A DNA stretch of 64,000 bases. It comes from Actinobacteria bacterium UBA4426. GTDB lineage: Bacteria > Actinomycetota > Actinomycetes > S36-B12. A model generated the notes under the pieces. That model saw nothing but the letters and a program-made list of their open reading frames with translations, had not been told where the DNA came from and ran no database searches. The DNA lies in assembly GCA_002390705.1 (NCBI GenBank), contig DGQA01000005.1:52623-116622 (forward strand). The letters are read 5' to 3'. Position 1 is the first letter of the stretch. Each line of letters opens with the position of its first letter. The translations under genes were made by a program, and so were the position numbers. Shown here in pieces: positions 27,422-37,015 of the stretch.

Positions 27422-28693
27422 GTGAGCACGAATCCACGCGTCTTTCTTGCGCGCCTGAACAGCCTCGGCGTATTTGACCCAAATGGCGACCAAATGGGCA
27501 AGGTGCGAGACGCAATCGTGGTGCTCCGGACAGGAAATTTGCCGGCACGCCTTACCGGGCTTGTTGTTGAAGTTCCACCGCGTCGCCGAATTTTTGTTCC
27601 CATGACCAAGGTCACCACAATTGACTCCGGGCAAATAATTGTCACGGGCACGGTAAACCTCCGGCGGTTCGAGCAACGCAAAAACGAAACACTCGTCACC
27701 GCAGAGCTGCTCGATCGAACCGTGGAGCTACAAGCTTCGGGTGAGCCGGTAACCGTCATTGATGTTGGCGTTGAGCAGTCGCGAAGTCGCGAGTGGTTTG
27801 TTGACCAACTTTTCGTGCGTCGAGCAACTCAAGGGTTTCGCCGGCGCAGCGAAAAAATGGTGGTCGATTGGAATGACGTCACCAACATGTCACTACCCGT
27901 GCCAGATCAACCAGCCGAACAGCTACTAGCCACCATGGATTCACTGCGGCCCGCTGATGTTGCATCCATGCTTCGCGAGTTGACTCCCACTCGTCGGACT
28001 GAAATCGCCCGCGAACTCGACGATGAACGCTTAGCTGACGTACTCGAAGAGATGACGGACCAGAATCGCGTTGAGATCCTGGAGGCGCTCGAGGCGGAGC
28101 GAGCCGCAGACATCCTCGAAGAAATGGATCCCGACGACGCCGCTGACTTGATTGCTGAATTAGCACCCGAACGCGCTAAGGACCTACTAGAACGAATGGA
28201 GCCAGAAGAGGCCGATGACATTCGACGATTGCTGAGCTACGACGACTTCTCGGCCGGTGGCATGATGACGAGCGAGCCGATTGTCTTGGCCCCTGACGAA
28301 ACTGTCGCTGATGCGCTCGCTCGGATCCGAAACGCCGATCTTTCACCAGCGCTCGCATCACAGGTGTACGTCTGCCGGCAACCCACAGAAACTCCCACCG
28401 GTAAGTATTTAGGTGTGTGCCACTTCCAAAGGCTCTTGCGGGAGCCGCCATCTTCTTTGGTCTCGGCTTTATTAGACACATCTTTAGAACCGATGCGACC
28501 AGATACCCCACTATCCGTCTTGACGCGTAGTTTTGCGGCGTACAACCTGGTCGCGTTGCCCGTTGTTGACGAAACAGGTTCGCTCGTTGGGGCGGTTACT
28601 TTCGATGATTTAGTGGACCACATGTTGCCGCAGGGTTGGCGCGAATTACCCGATGGCTGGGGACACGACGATCCGGTGATGCACCGTGACTAA
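27422..28693 (+). CDS. MgtE N-terminal-domain / CBS-pair protein lacking a membrane domain
   Basis: It has a PRC-barrel-like N-terminus and an acidic MgtE-N helical domain (DVLEEMTDQNRVEILEALE...EEMDPDDAADL). A CBS pair follows and there are no TM segments. The start is placed at GTG 27422 (VSTNPRVFLARL). Confidence 0.7.
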   Translation: MSTNPRVFLARLNSLGVFDPNGDQMGKVRDAIVVLRTGNLPARLTGLVVEVPPRRRIFVPMTKVTTIDSGQIIVTGTVNLRRFEQRKNETLVTAELLDRTVELQASGEPVTVIDVGVEQSRSREWFVDQLFVRRATQGFRRRSEKMVVDWNDVTNMSLPVPDQPAEQLLATMDSLRPADVASMLRELTPTRRTEIARELDDERLADVLEEMTDQNRVEILEALEAERAADILEEMDPDDAADLIAELAPERAKDLLERMEPEEADDIRRLLSYDDFSAGGMMTSEPIVLAPDETVADALARIRNADLSPALASQVYVCRQPTETPTGKYLGVCHFQRLLREPPSSLVSALLDTSLEPMRPDTPLSVLTRSFAAYNLVALPVVDETGSLVGAVTFDDLVDHMLPQGWRELPDGWGHDDPVMHRD

Positions 28694-29249
28694 GTCTGTA
28701 AAACACCCGGGTCGCAAAAGACGCCTCGATCAACCCCTTGAGCGCGGCCGAGCCCGTCGACCGGTGTATGACCCCGAGGTTTTTGGTGCGATGTCTGAGC
28801 GGGTCGCCCGCCGGATCGGATCATGGGCATTTATTGCCTGGATGACGGTTGTAGTCATCACGTGGATTGGCTGGAACGTCTTAGCGCCGGACAATCTTAA
28901 ACCGGATATTTTCCCGTTTATTTTTCTTACCCTGCTGCTGTCCTTGCAGGCCTCCTACGCCGCGCCACTTATTTTGCTCGCGCAAAACCGTCAAACCGAC
29001 CGGGACCGCGTTCAATTCCAAGAAGACCGAAGCCGCAATGAACGCATTCTTGCCGACAGTGATTACCTCGCCCGGGAAATTGCTGATGTCCGAGATGCTA
29101 TGGGCGAGCTCGCCACCCGCGACTATTTGCGTGTCGAATTACGCGACCTACTCGAGGAAATAAGTGCACGCCTTGATCGAATCGAAAGTGCCCAATTGCC
29201 AGATCACACTCCCCCAGTAGCATCGGACCATGGCCTCCACCCCCAATAA
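28686..29249 (+). CDS. DUF1003 family membrane protein
   Basis: It has two TM segments, then the LLAQNRQ..RD motif and a coiled-coil tail. It overlaps the upstream gene by 8 nt. Confidence 0.7.
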   Translation: MTKSVKHPGRKRRLDQPLERGRARRPVYDPEVFGAMSERVARRIGSWAFIAWMTVVVITWIGWNVLAPDNLKPDIFPFIFLTLLLSLQASYAAPLILLAQNRQTDRDRVQFQEDRSRNERILADSDYLAREIADVRDAMGELATRDYLRVELRDLLEEISARLDRIESAQLPDHTPPVASDHGLHPQ

Positions 29250-30411
29250 GTTAAATGAATCCGTCGAATCTAATGGCCCGATTAATCTAGACGCGGTACA
29301 CACTGCACTTGCCAGTGTCGATGACCCTGAGATCCACCGGCCGATTACTGAACTCGGCATGGTCAAGGGAGTCCAGCTGGGCAAAAATGGTGTGGTCGAA
29401 GTGGGGATTTTCTTAACCGTCGCCGGTTGCCCCATGAAGGCCACCATCACAGAGCGTGTGAATCACGCGGTGATGCAAGTTCCGGGAGTAGTTGAAGTAA
29501 AAGTCGATCTAGATGTTATGTCGGAAGAACAACGTGGCCAGATGCGTCAAACCCTCCGCGGCAAGGAAGACAAGGAGATTCCGTTCAACGCACCAGGATC
29601 TCTCACCAAAATCTTCGCCATTGCTTCAGGTAAAGGTGGGGTTGGCAAATCCTCGGTTACCGCTAACCTTGCGGTTGCACTAGTTCAACAAGGTTTCTCA
29701 GTTGGACTACTCGATGCCGATGTGTACGGTCACTCGATTCCTAAAATTCTTAACGCCATGACCCCACCCACCATGGTGGAGGGTTTAATCATGCCGCCGC
29801 AGGGTAACGGCGTCCGAGTAATGTCAATGTTTTCCTTTAAACCCGGCGGAATCGAGCAACCCGTTGCCTTCCGCGGACCAATGCTGCATCGGGCACTTGA
29901 GCAATTCCTCACCGACGTCTGGTGGGGCGACCTAGATTTCTTACTATTGGACTTGCCGCCAGGAACGGGAGACATCGCGCTTTCAACAGCCCAGCTACTG
30001 CCGCAGGCAGAACTGATCGTGGTCACTACCCCCCAACAAGGAGCCGCTGATGTTTCGATTCGCTCGGGCACTCTTGCAGCCCAAACGAATCAAAAAGTAT
30101 TCGGTGTAATTGAAAACATGAGCTCGTTCCCTTGCCCACACTGCGGCGAACCGATCGACCTTTTCGGTGCTGGTGGAGGTAAATCTGTTGCCGACGGCTT
30201 GAGCAAAACATTGGGAACCAGCATTCCGGTTTTGGGAAATATCCCCTTTGATGTTCGGTTGCGCGAAGGTGGAGATACTGGCAAACCCCTCGTCAGCGCT
30301 TTTCCAGACTCTGATGCCGCTGCTGTCATTGCCGCGATTGCCCAGCAACTCAGTGCCAAGCCCCGCGGGCTGGCAGGAATGAACCTCAACATCACCCCGG
30401 CAGGGCGTTAG
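29230..30411 (+). CDS. Mrp/NBP35 family Fe-S cluster carrier ATPase (ApbC-like)
   Basis: It has an N-terminal DUF59-like domain, the deviant Walker A SGKGGVGKSS, and a CPHC motif. Confidence 0.9.
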   Translation: MASTPNKLNESVESNGPINLDAVHTALASVDDPEIHRPITELGMVKGVQLGKNGVVEVGIFLTVAGCPMKATITERVNHAVMQVPGVVEVKVDLDVMSEEQRGQMRQTLRGKEDKEIPFNAPGSLTKIFAIASGKGGVGKSSVTANLAVALVQQGFSVGLLDADVYGHSIPKILNAMTPPTMVEGLIMPPQGNGVRVMSMFSFKPGGIEQPVAFRGPMLHRALEQFLTDVWWGDLDFLLLDLPPGTGDIALSTAQLLPQAELIVVTTPQQGAADVSIRSGTLAAQTNQKVFGVIENMSSFPCPHCGEPIDLFGAGGGKSVADGLSKTLGTSIPVLGNIPFDVRLREGGDTGKPLVSAFPDSDAAAVIAAIAQQLSAKPRGLAGMNLNITPAGR

Positions 30412-30728
30412 GTCGCATCAGGGTCAAATGCTGGTTTCTCTGGTTTCTTTGCGCCGTCGGTTTCTTCCGCAGACACGTCATCTGTGAACAATGAGGTCGC
30501 AAGTTTGCGGGGATGGTATTCGCCGAGGCCTTTGACCGTATTAATCGTGTCTTGTAGGTCTAGACCTGAGGACTCGGACAACTCTTTGCGCGCAGTTGCG
30601 CCCATCTCACGAATTTGCCGCAACCACTTCGCCGCGTCAGCTGCGGCGCGAGGCAATCGCTCTGGGCCGAAAATCAGCAGACCGAGCACCCCGAGTGCGA
30701 TCAGCTCTCCGACTCCAATGTCAAACAC
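30408..30728 (-). CDS. tatB: Sec-independent protein translocase TatB
   Basis: It begins MFDIGVGELIALGVLGLLIFGPERLP followed by an amphipathic helix. Length is 106 aa. Confidence 0.85.
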   Translation of the reverse strand: MFDIGVGELIALGVLGLLIFGPERLPRAAADAAKWLRQIREMGATARKELSESSGLDLQDTINTVKGLGEYHPRKLATSLFTDDVSAEETDGAKKPEKPAFDPDAT

Positions 30729-30773
30729 AACATTAGGTTACGCCGGAGCCACCCTTGTATGCCCCGGCCCCCT

Positions 30774-31931
30774 CTAACCGATAGTGCTGGAAGAGCCCAA
30801 AGTCAACGGAACCGTTGTGGACTGTCCGTTACGCGTGAAGGTGAGCTCTACCCCTTCACCCGGTGCATAACTTCGAATCACCACCACCAGCTCAGTTGAG
30901 TCGGCAACTTGGCGTCCATTAAATCCGGTAATGACATCCCCCACCCGAACCCCAGCCTCCTCAGCCGGCCCACCGGGAGTAATTTCACTAACAGCAGCCC
31001 CATCGCCCGTGTATGCAGTGTTAAGCACCACTCCAATGATCGGGGTTTGCGAGTCGCCTGTGGCGATTAATTCTTCGGCAATTCTTTTCGCGGTGTCAAT
31101 CGGGATCGCAAAACCAAGTCCAATCGACCCCCTCTCCCCGCCAATTGATCCGGCCAAGGTCGCAATTGCCGAGTTAATCCCAATCACCCGCCCAGTGTCA
31201 TCGAGTAATGGACCCCCAGAGTTTCCAGGGTTAATCGCCGCATCAGTTTGAATTGCGTTAATAAAGGCCAGCTCACCGCTTCCGCCAGCGGTAACCGGTC
31301 GATCCAGCGAGCTTATGATGCCTGCCGTAACCGTGCCATTGAGCCCAAGCGGAGCACCAATCGCGATTGCGGCTTCCCCGACCCGCACAGCACTTGAGTC
31401 CCCTAGGACAGCGGCCGGCAAACCATCTCGATCAACTTTGAGCACCGCGAGGTCATAGGAAGTATTGCGACCAACAATTTTGGCAATCGCCTCGCTACCG
31501 TCATCAAAAACAACCGTGAGTTCCCCACCATTTGCTGCCGGTGCTGCCACGTGATTGTTTGTCAGAATATAGCCATCAGACTGCACAATAAAACCTGAAC
31601 CACTGCCGGAATTATTGCCAGCTTCAATCAGAATCGAAACAACACTTGGCAAAACTGACTCAGCGATCGCAGCGACATCACTCGAACTCACGTTGGCAGC
31701 ACCATCAATCTGCGGCAGCTGCACAATATTGTTTGAGACGCTTAAATTTTCATCTCCACTGGATCCGATCACGTATCCACCAAGCCCGGCGATACCCCCA
31801 ACGACCACAGCAGTCACGGCGGAAACACATACTGTTGCCAGCACGCCAAGTCCACGGCGCCGTTCTTTACGCGGTGGAGGTAACGGAATCGGCGGCGGCA
31901 CCACAAAGTTTGTTGGCGGAAAGTCACTCAT
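30774..31931 (-). CDS. HtrA/DegP-type trypsin-like serine protease with PDZ domain
   Basis: It has an N-terminal TM anchor. The catalytic motifs are TNNHV, D(L)AVLKV and GNSGGPL. A C-terminal PDZ domain follows. Confidence 0.9.
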   Translation of the reverse strand: MSDFPPTNFVVPPPIPLPPPRKERRRGLGVLATVCVSAVTAVVVGGIAGLGGYVIGSSGDENLSVSNNIVQLPQIDGAANVSSSDVAAIAESVLPSVVSILIEAGNNSGSGSGFIVQSDGYILTNNHVAAPAANGGELTVVFDDGSEAIAKIVGRNTSYDLAVLKVDRDGLPAAVLGDSSAVRVGEAAIAIGAPLGLNGTVTAGIISSLDRPVTAGGSGELAFINAIQTDAAINPGNSGGPLLDDTGRVIGINSAIATLAGSIGGERGSIGLGFAIPIDTAKRIAEELIATGDSQTPIIGVVLNTAYTGDGAAVSEITPGGPAEEAGVRVGDVITGFNGRQVADSTELVVVIRSYAPGEGVELTFTRNGQSTTVPLTLGSSSTIG

Positions 31932-32030
31932 CTCACAAGCCTAACGCGCGCGCATGTAGGTGTGCGAAGGCTTGCCACTAGGCTCTTGGAAGAACACACC
32001 TTAATAGGTGTTAATCCAGTGAGGAGTGAG

Positions 32031-32687
32031 ATGTCCCATCCAGCGATTACCGAAATAGCCGCCGAGTTCACGGAGAACTACTTGGGCGAATTTGACGCTG
32101 AGCATGCCGGGGAGCTCCGTGATGCCAGGGCACACGCTGCGGACCTGGGAATTGAATGTGTCAGCCATCAAGTTGCTGCCCTACTGAAACTTCTGGCGGC
32201 CTCAACCCAAGCGCAGGCAATCATTGAGGTCGGCACGGGAACCGGTATTTCGGGCGCCGCTCTGCTCGAAGGAATGAAAACCGGTGGGGTGCTCACCAGT
32301 ATCGATCTTGAGGCCGAGTATCAGCGCCATGCGAAGGAACTTTTTACTGGCCTTGGGTGCGAATCTAATCGCACCCGATTAATCGCAGGTCGCGCCCTTG
32401 ATGTACTCCCCCGCCTCTCTGACGCCGCCTACGATCTCATTTTTGTCGATGCCGACGCAGGTGAGTATCCGGCCATTCTTATACAGACGAAGCGGCTGCT
32501 ACGAATTGGCGGATTGGTCATTTTTCACGGCGCATTCGCCACGGGGATTGCTGATGCTTCTGCCCGAGACTACGAAGCAACCGCCATGCGCGAACTGGCC
32601 ACTGAATTGCGCTCTGACAACGACTGGCTGCCCTCGCTTCTCACCGTGGGTGCGGGTCTGTTCTTGGCCTCACGTCGCACCCCGTAG
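32031..32687 (+). CDS. Class I SAM-dependent O-methyltransferase (caffeoyl-CoA OMT-like)
   Basis: It has the motifs IEVGTGTGISG and FVDAD. The start ATG at 32031 is preceded by GAGGAG. Confidence 0.75.
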   Translation: MSHPAITEIAAEFTENYLGEFDAEHAGELRDARAHAADLGIECVSHQVAALLKLLAASTQAQAIIEVGTGTGISGAALLEGMKTGGVLTSIDLEAEYQRHAKELFTGLGCESNRTRLIAGRALDVLPRLSDAAYDLIFVDADAGEYPAILIQTKRLLRIGGLVIFHGAFATGIADASARDYEATAMRELATELRSDNDWLPSLLTVGAGLFLASRRTP

Positions 32688-32700
32688 TAGCCCGCTTCTT

Positions 32701-32868
32701 TTAGGCGAAAACGGCCAGAAGCGTCTCGCCCAGTTCCTTGGCCTCGTCGGCTTTTAATTCCACGACCAACCGCCCGCCGCCCTCTAAAGGGACCCGCATC
32801 ACGTAACTACGGCCCTCTTTGGTGACCTCCATTGGTCCGTCTCCGGTACGTGGCTTCATAGCGGCCAT
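32701..32868 (-). CDS. DUF3117 domain protein
   Basis: The 55-aa sequence MAAMKPRTGDGPMEVTKEGRSYVMRVPLEGGGRLVVEL matches this highly conserved actinobacterial family. Confidence 0.85.
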   Translation of the reverse strand: MAAMKPRTGDGPMEVTKEGRSYVMRVPLEGGGRLVVELKADEAKELGETLLAVFA

Positions 32869-33050
32869 GAGTGTGTCCCCTTCCAGCCAAGTCCTCGTGG
32901 CGCCCATGCGCCCTTGAATTCCCCGGCGTGCCCGGGTCGAAGACCCCATTATTCCGTATCGGCGTTAGGGGAGCCTACTCGCCCTCAGATTGGACCCCCT
33001 TCGCACAAGTGGGCCGCAACTAGATCTGTGAAAGTGGCCGGCGGACCCGA

Positions 33051-34211
33051 TCACAGACCGCGGGTGGGCCGCTTCACATAACGGGCGGTCACGGCTTCCA
33101 GCGGGCCTTGGGAGAAGCGCCGAAGCCACAGGGTCATTGCAAGAACGAGGATCGTCCACGAGAAGATCGCCAAAAGGGTGACCGACGTCGCCCCCAATTG
33201 GCCAAAAAGACCAAGACCCCAGGCACTAAACGCCATGGTAAGCAGCACGGACTCGCCCAAGTACACGGTGAGCGATGCGCGGCCGGCTGGCACTACGGAC
33301 CGCAGCAATGCAGGTGCTCGCACGCTGATCACGGCAACCGCCCCAATGTACCCGACCGTGAGAATTGGGGCGACCAAAATCCCCAGCAGGCCTGCCGCAC
33401 CTGAAAACCCATCTGCCTGCTCTCCTACCGCGCGTCCAGGTCCGAGAACGAACCATGTGGTGGCAAATTGCAAGGGTAAGCCCAGACCAAGACCCCAGAT
33501 GGCAGCTCGACGGAATTGCTTTTCTCGGTCGTGCGGTTCGGCCAGAAACTGGTGCCGGGCCGCGAGCAATCCCAGGCAAAAGGCAACAAAAGCGAAACCC
33601 CACTGGCCCACAACGATCAGCGGCAACACTTCTGGGATCACTTGAATTCGAATCAGGGCTTGATCAAGGAAGTTGCCAGTTGCCATCACTTCGTTGTAGT
33701 TCTGGATCCACGAATTGCTGGAGGGTTGTGGGAAAGCTAAGACTAGAGCAGCGAAGACTAAAAGCATGAAAGACGTGAAAGCACCCACAACGATTGCGAC
33801 CCGAGCAACTACCTGATCTGGGCGTGCGAAAACGAGTAAAAGCCCGAAACCAAGGATCGCATAACTGACCAGGATGTCACCCACGAAAAAAAACACGTAA
33901 TGGACAATGCCAAGCAGTAAGAGCGCCACCAACCTACGCCGATAAATAACCCGACGTATCTTGCCGTCTTCTTTAAGAATAAAAAGTGCGCTATAACCAA
34001 AAAGGAAAGAAAAAATTAGGTAGAATTTCCCTTGGGCCAGCATGGTTACTCCAAAGGCAACCGCTCGATCAAGGGTGGTGTCAATTGCTGAATTGTCGTA
34101 CCCGGACCCGCTAATTCCCAGAAAAGGGGCATTCACCAGCACGATGCCCAGCAACGCCAAGCCACGCAACTGATCCGGCAACCGCTGGCGAGGCCGTGTC
34201 TGCGATTGCAT
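33051..34211 (-). CDS. DUF418 / YeiB-like membrane protein
   Basis: It has the RGLALLGIVLVNAPF N-terminal motif and is polytopic. Length is 386 aa. Confidence 0.7.
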   Translation of the reverse strand: MQSQTRPRQRLPDQLRGLALLGIVLVNAPFLGISGSGYDNSAIDTTLDRAVAFGVTMLAQGKFYLIFSFLFGYSALFILKEDGKIRRVIYRRRLVALLLLGIVHYVFFFVGDILVSYAILGFGLLLVFARPDQVVARVAIVVGAFTSFMLLVFAALVLAFPQPSSNSWIQNYNEVMATGNFLDQALIRIQVIPEVLPLIVVGQWGFAFVAFCLGLLAARHQFLAEPHDREKQFRRAAIWGLGLGLPLQFATTWFVLGPGRAVGEQADGFSGAAGLLGILVAPILTVGYIGAVAVISVRAPALLRSVVPAGRASLTVYLGESVLLTMAFSAWGLGLFGQLGATSVTLLAIFSWTILVLAMTLWLRRFSQGPLEAVTARYVKRPTRGL

Positions 34212-34243
34212 GGAGTGCAGGATATCGGGTTACCCGAAAGTCT

Positions 34244-34720
34244 TTATGCGTGTCCTGAAAAGGAAGCCCCAGATTCAATTTCGCGTTTAAGTGCCGTGAG
34301 AGATCTCTTCACACCCGCGAGCATCGGGTATTTGCCCAGTGGCCAGCCAACAGCTCCCAGAACGCCCAAAGGCAACTCGAAATCCTCGCTCCAAATAAAC
34401 CGGGACGTGTTTTGCGGCAGCGCAACTACCTCCATGGTCCCCGTTCCTTTAACTAACGAGCCGGTATGCAGAACGTCAACACGATAAGGCGCCTCCCAGA
34501 GGGTTATTTCCATTGTGTCCCAGAAACCCAATGGTCCGACCCCGGTCCAGCCCGCGATCACGGAGCCTACGCTTTTGCCGTCACCCGCTCGCACCTCAAC
34601 CCTCGTACCCACCATCCAACGATTCTGCTGGGTCCACGCGGTGAACGCATCAAAGACTTCCTGCACTGGAGCATTAATCACAATGTCCAGATCAAGGCGA
34701 CGAACTCTTTTGGTGCTCAT
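34244..34720 (-). CDS. SRPBCC family protein
   Basis: 158 aa. It has the pattern INAPVQEVFDAFT...W typical of polyketide-cyclase/START-like folds. Confidence 0.6.
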   Translation of the reverse strand: MSTKRVRRLDLDIVINAPVQEVFDAFTAWTQQNRWMVGTRVEVRAGDGKSVGSVIAGWTGVGPLGFWDTMEITLWEAPYRVDVLHTGSLVKGTGTMEVVALPQNTSRFIWSEDFELPLGVLGAVGWPLGKYPMLAGVKRSLTALKREIESGASFSGHA

Positions 34721-34944
34721 CGCTGTCTACTCGCTTCGAGTTCGGTAATTTTGCCTTCAAGCTCGGCGATTTTTTGATCAACCTCATCCATTCGGTAACC
34801 CCGAAGCGTGACATCGAAGCCGACTGACTCAAGTGTGTAGTCACCCGTGTTCTCAATTCCCACACTTGGTACGAATCTACCGGTGATCGCCATTGCAGCC
34901 CCAGCAATCACCAGAATCGCAATAACCACAAAAATTAGCGTCAT
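34717..34944 (-). CDS. Small membrane-anchored DivIVA-domain protein
   Basis: It has an N-terminal TM helix, then FDVTLRGYRMDEVD (the DivIVA signature) and a short coiled coil. Confidence 0.75.
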   Translation of the reverse strand: MTLIFVVIAILVIAGAAMAITGRFVPSVGIENTGDYTLESVGFDVTLRGYRMDEVDQKIAELEGKITELEASRQR

Positions 34945-36053
34945 GCCCCTATTTCATCATGAAAATTGGAACCTTGCTGTGTTAACCAACCGCGCAGGCT
35001 CGCCAACACACTTGCGAGTTCACTCTTACTCACAAATTCGCCCTGGCTATGCGCGATTGCTGGATTTCCAGGGCCATAATTTACCGCCGCAGTTCCCATC
35101 GCTGAAAAACGAGCAACATCGGTCCAACCAAATTTTGGTGCGACCTGCGCACCCGTTGCCTGAACAAATGCTTGGGCGGCAGGTTGAGACAACCCGGGAA
35201 GGGCCCCTGACGCTTGGTCGGTCACCTCAATCTCGAAATCACTAAAAAGATCGTGCAGGTGAGCAATGCCTTGCTCCAGAGATTTATCTGGTGCGAACCG
35301 GTAATTTACGGTAACCGTGCAGACATCAGGGATTACATTGCCAGCCACACCCCCCACAATTCCGACCGCATTGAGCCCTTCCCGAAATGTGAGGCCATCA
35401 ATTACCGGGGTTCGCGGATCGTAAGTTTCAAGGATTTCCAAAATCTCTCGCGCTTGATGAACCGCGTTTTTTCCCATCCACCCTCGAGCACTGTGGGAAC
35501 GCTCGCCGCGAGTCGTAATACGGGCTCGAATCGTTCCTTGACAACCCGCCTCAATTTGCGCATTGCTAGGTTCCATCAGCACCGCAAAGTCAGCTTCCAA
35601 AAACTCTGGCGCGAGGTCAGCTATTTTTTGTAAGCCGTTAAACTCGGAGGCAACTTCTTCAGCTTCATAGAAAATGAATGTGAGATCTCGCACCGGTTCT
35701 CGAACCATTGCCGCAAGTTGTAATGCAACCGCCACCCCACCTTTCATATCGCAGGCCCCTAACCCATAAATCCGATCCGAGTCCACGCGATGTGGAAGGT
35801 TCCCATTGACCGGAACGGTGTCAAGGTGACCTGCGATAATGACGCGGTCACCTCGATCGGCATGATTAGTTGCAATCACCGAGTTTCCAATCCGAGTGAC
35901 ATCTAAGTGTGGGTAACCCTCTAGCGCTTGCTGAACAAGGTTTGCCAGATGTTCTTCTTGGTGCGATTCGCTCTGGATATCGATTAAGCTCGCCGTCAGA
36001 TCTGACAGGTCTGCGTGAAGGGAGAAAGGTGCCGTCGGCCCGGGAATGCTCAC
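34941..36053 (-). CDS. dapE: Succinyl-diaminopimelate desuccinylase
   Basis: It has M20 peptidase motifs ([18 protein letters not shown]) and is divergent from dapD. The start is uncertain. GTG 36053 was chosen because upstream starts would overlap dapD. Confidence 0.85.
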   Translation of the reverse strand: MSIPGPTAPFSLHADLSDLTASLIDIQSESHQEEHLANLVQQALEGYPHLDVTRIGNSVIATNHADRGDRVIIAGHLDTVPVNGNLPHRVDSDRIYGLGACDMKGGVAVALQLAAMVREPVRDLTFIFYEAEEVASEFNGLQKIADLAPEFLEADFAVLMEPSNAQIEAGCQGTIRARITTRGERSHSARGWMGKNAVHQAREILEILETYDPRTPVIDGLTFREGLNAVGIVGGVAGNVIPDVCTVTVNYRFAPDKSLEQGIAHLHDLFSDFEIEVTDQASGALPGLSQPAAQAFVQATGAQVAPKFGWTDVARFSAMGTAAVNYGPGNPAIAHSQGEFVSKSELASVLASLRGWLTQQGSNFHDEIGA

Positions 36054-36070
36054 GCCACTACGGTAGTGCG

Positions 36071-36997
36071 GTGGACGAAAATTTGCTAAATGGACCAGCA
36101 TGCGCTTTCGGGTTGGCCACCTACAGCGGTGAGACGTTGCTTGACGTGTGGTACCCAGACCCCACCTTGGGTTCAACACCAATTGATATTCCCGGCCTCG
36201 ATGCCGGCGCGGTGCACGACGAATTACGCGGGGTCACCGTTCGCGGGATTCGCACTGAAATCTCTGATCTTTCGTTACCTCCCGTTGATGGTGCAGATGC
36301 CTACTTGCGTTTGCACCTGCTCTCGCACCGACTTGTAACGCCTCGATCAATCAACATGGATGGAATTTTCGGCAAGTTGGAGCTCGTCGCGTGGACAAAC
36401 CTTGGGCCCATTTCAGTGGAGCGGGTAAGTGAAGTGCGTCTACGTACCCGCGCCCGCGGCAATCAATTAACAATCTTCGGCCTGGATCGCTTCCCGCGAA
36501 TGGTGGATTACGTAGCCCCTGGTGACGTTCGTGTCGCTGATGCTGACCGGGTGCGACTTGGTGCCCACCTGGCACCCGGAACCGTAGTCATGCATGAAGG
36601 GTTTGTGAACTTCAATTCAGGAACACTCGGAACGTCCATGGTGGAAGGTCGCATTTCAGCCGGGGTGATAGTGGGAGCCGGCTCAGATATTGGCGGTGGC
36701 GCATCCATCATGGGAACTCTCTCCGGAGGTGGAAAAGAAATGATTTCGGTCGGCAGCGAGTGCCTGATCGGCGCAAATGCCGGAATTGGAATCTCACTCG
36801 GGGACCATTGTGTTGTCGAAGCAGGACTTTATGTGACCGCGGGCAGCAAAGTGCTGCTACCCGATGGTGAAGTGGTTAAAGCGAGCGCACTCTCCGGCGC
36901 CCACGACTTGTTGTTTCGCAGGAACTCCGTGACCGGTGGCATTGAAGCCATGAAGCGCACTGGCTCATGGGGTGGACTCAACTCCGCATTGCATTAA
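36071..36997 (+). CDS. dapD: 2,3,4,5-tetrahydropyridine-2,6-dicarboxylate N-succinyltransferase
   Basis: It has hexapeptide-repeat left-handed beta-helix motifs and an N-terminus like actinobacterial DapD ([17 protein letters not shown]). The start is placed at GTG 36071. Confidence 0.85.
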   Translation: MDENLLNGPACAFGLATYSGETLLDVWYPDPTLGSTPIDIPGLDAGAVHDELRGVTVRGIRTEISDLSLPPVDGADAYLRLHLLSHRLVTPRSINMDGIFGKLELVAWTNLGPISVERVSEVRLRTRARGNQLTIFGLDRFPRMVDYVAPGDVRVADADRVRLGAHLAPGTVVMHEGFVNFNSGTLGTSMVEGRISAGVIVGAGSDIGGGASIMGTLSGGGKEMISVGSECLIGANAGIGISLGDHCVVEAGLYVTAGSKVLLPDGEVVKASALSGAHDLLFRRNSVTGGIEAMKRTGSWGGLNSALH

Positions 36998-37015
36998 GCA
37001 TTGCTTAATCATTTT

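Noticed and set aside
27354-27548. An N-terminal extension of the EamA ORF.
   Set aside because: It overlaps the divergent mgtE-N/CBS gene start and is Arg/Pro/Gly-rich without a membrane segment. The internal Met at 27353 gives a normal DMT topology.
36994-37008. The palindrome TTAAGCA-T-TGCTTAA between convergent dapD and gltA, considered as a bidirectional terminator.
   Set aside because: It has only a 6-bp AU-rich stem with a 3-nt loop and no U-tract. That is too weak to call.
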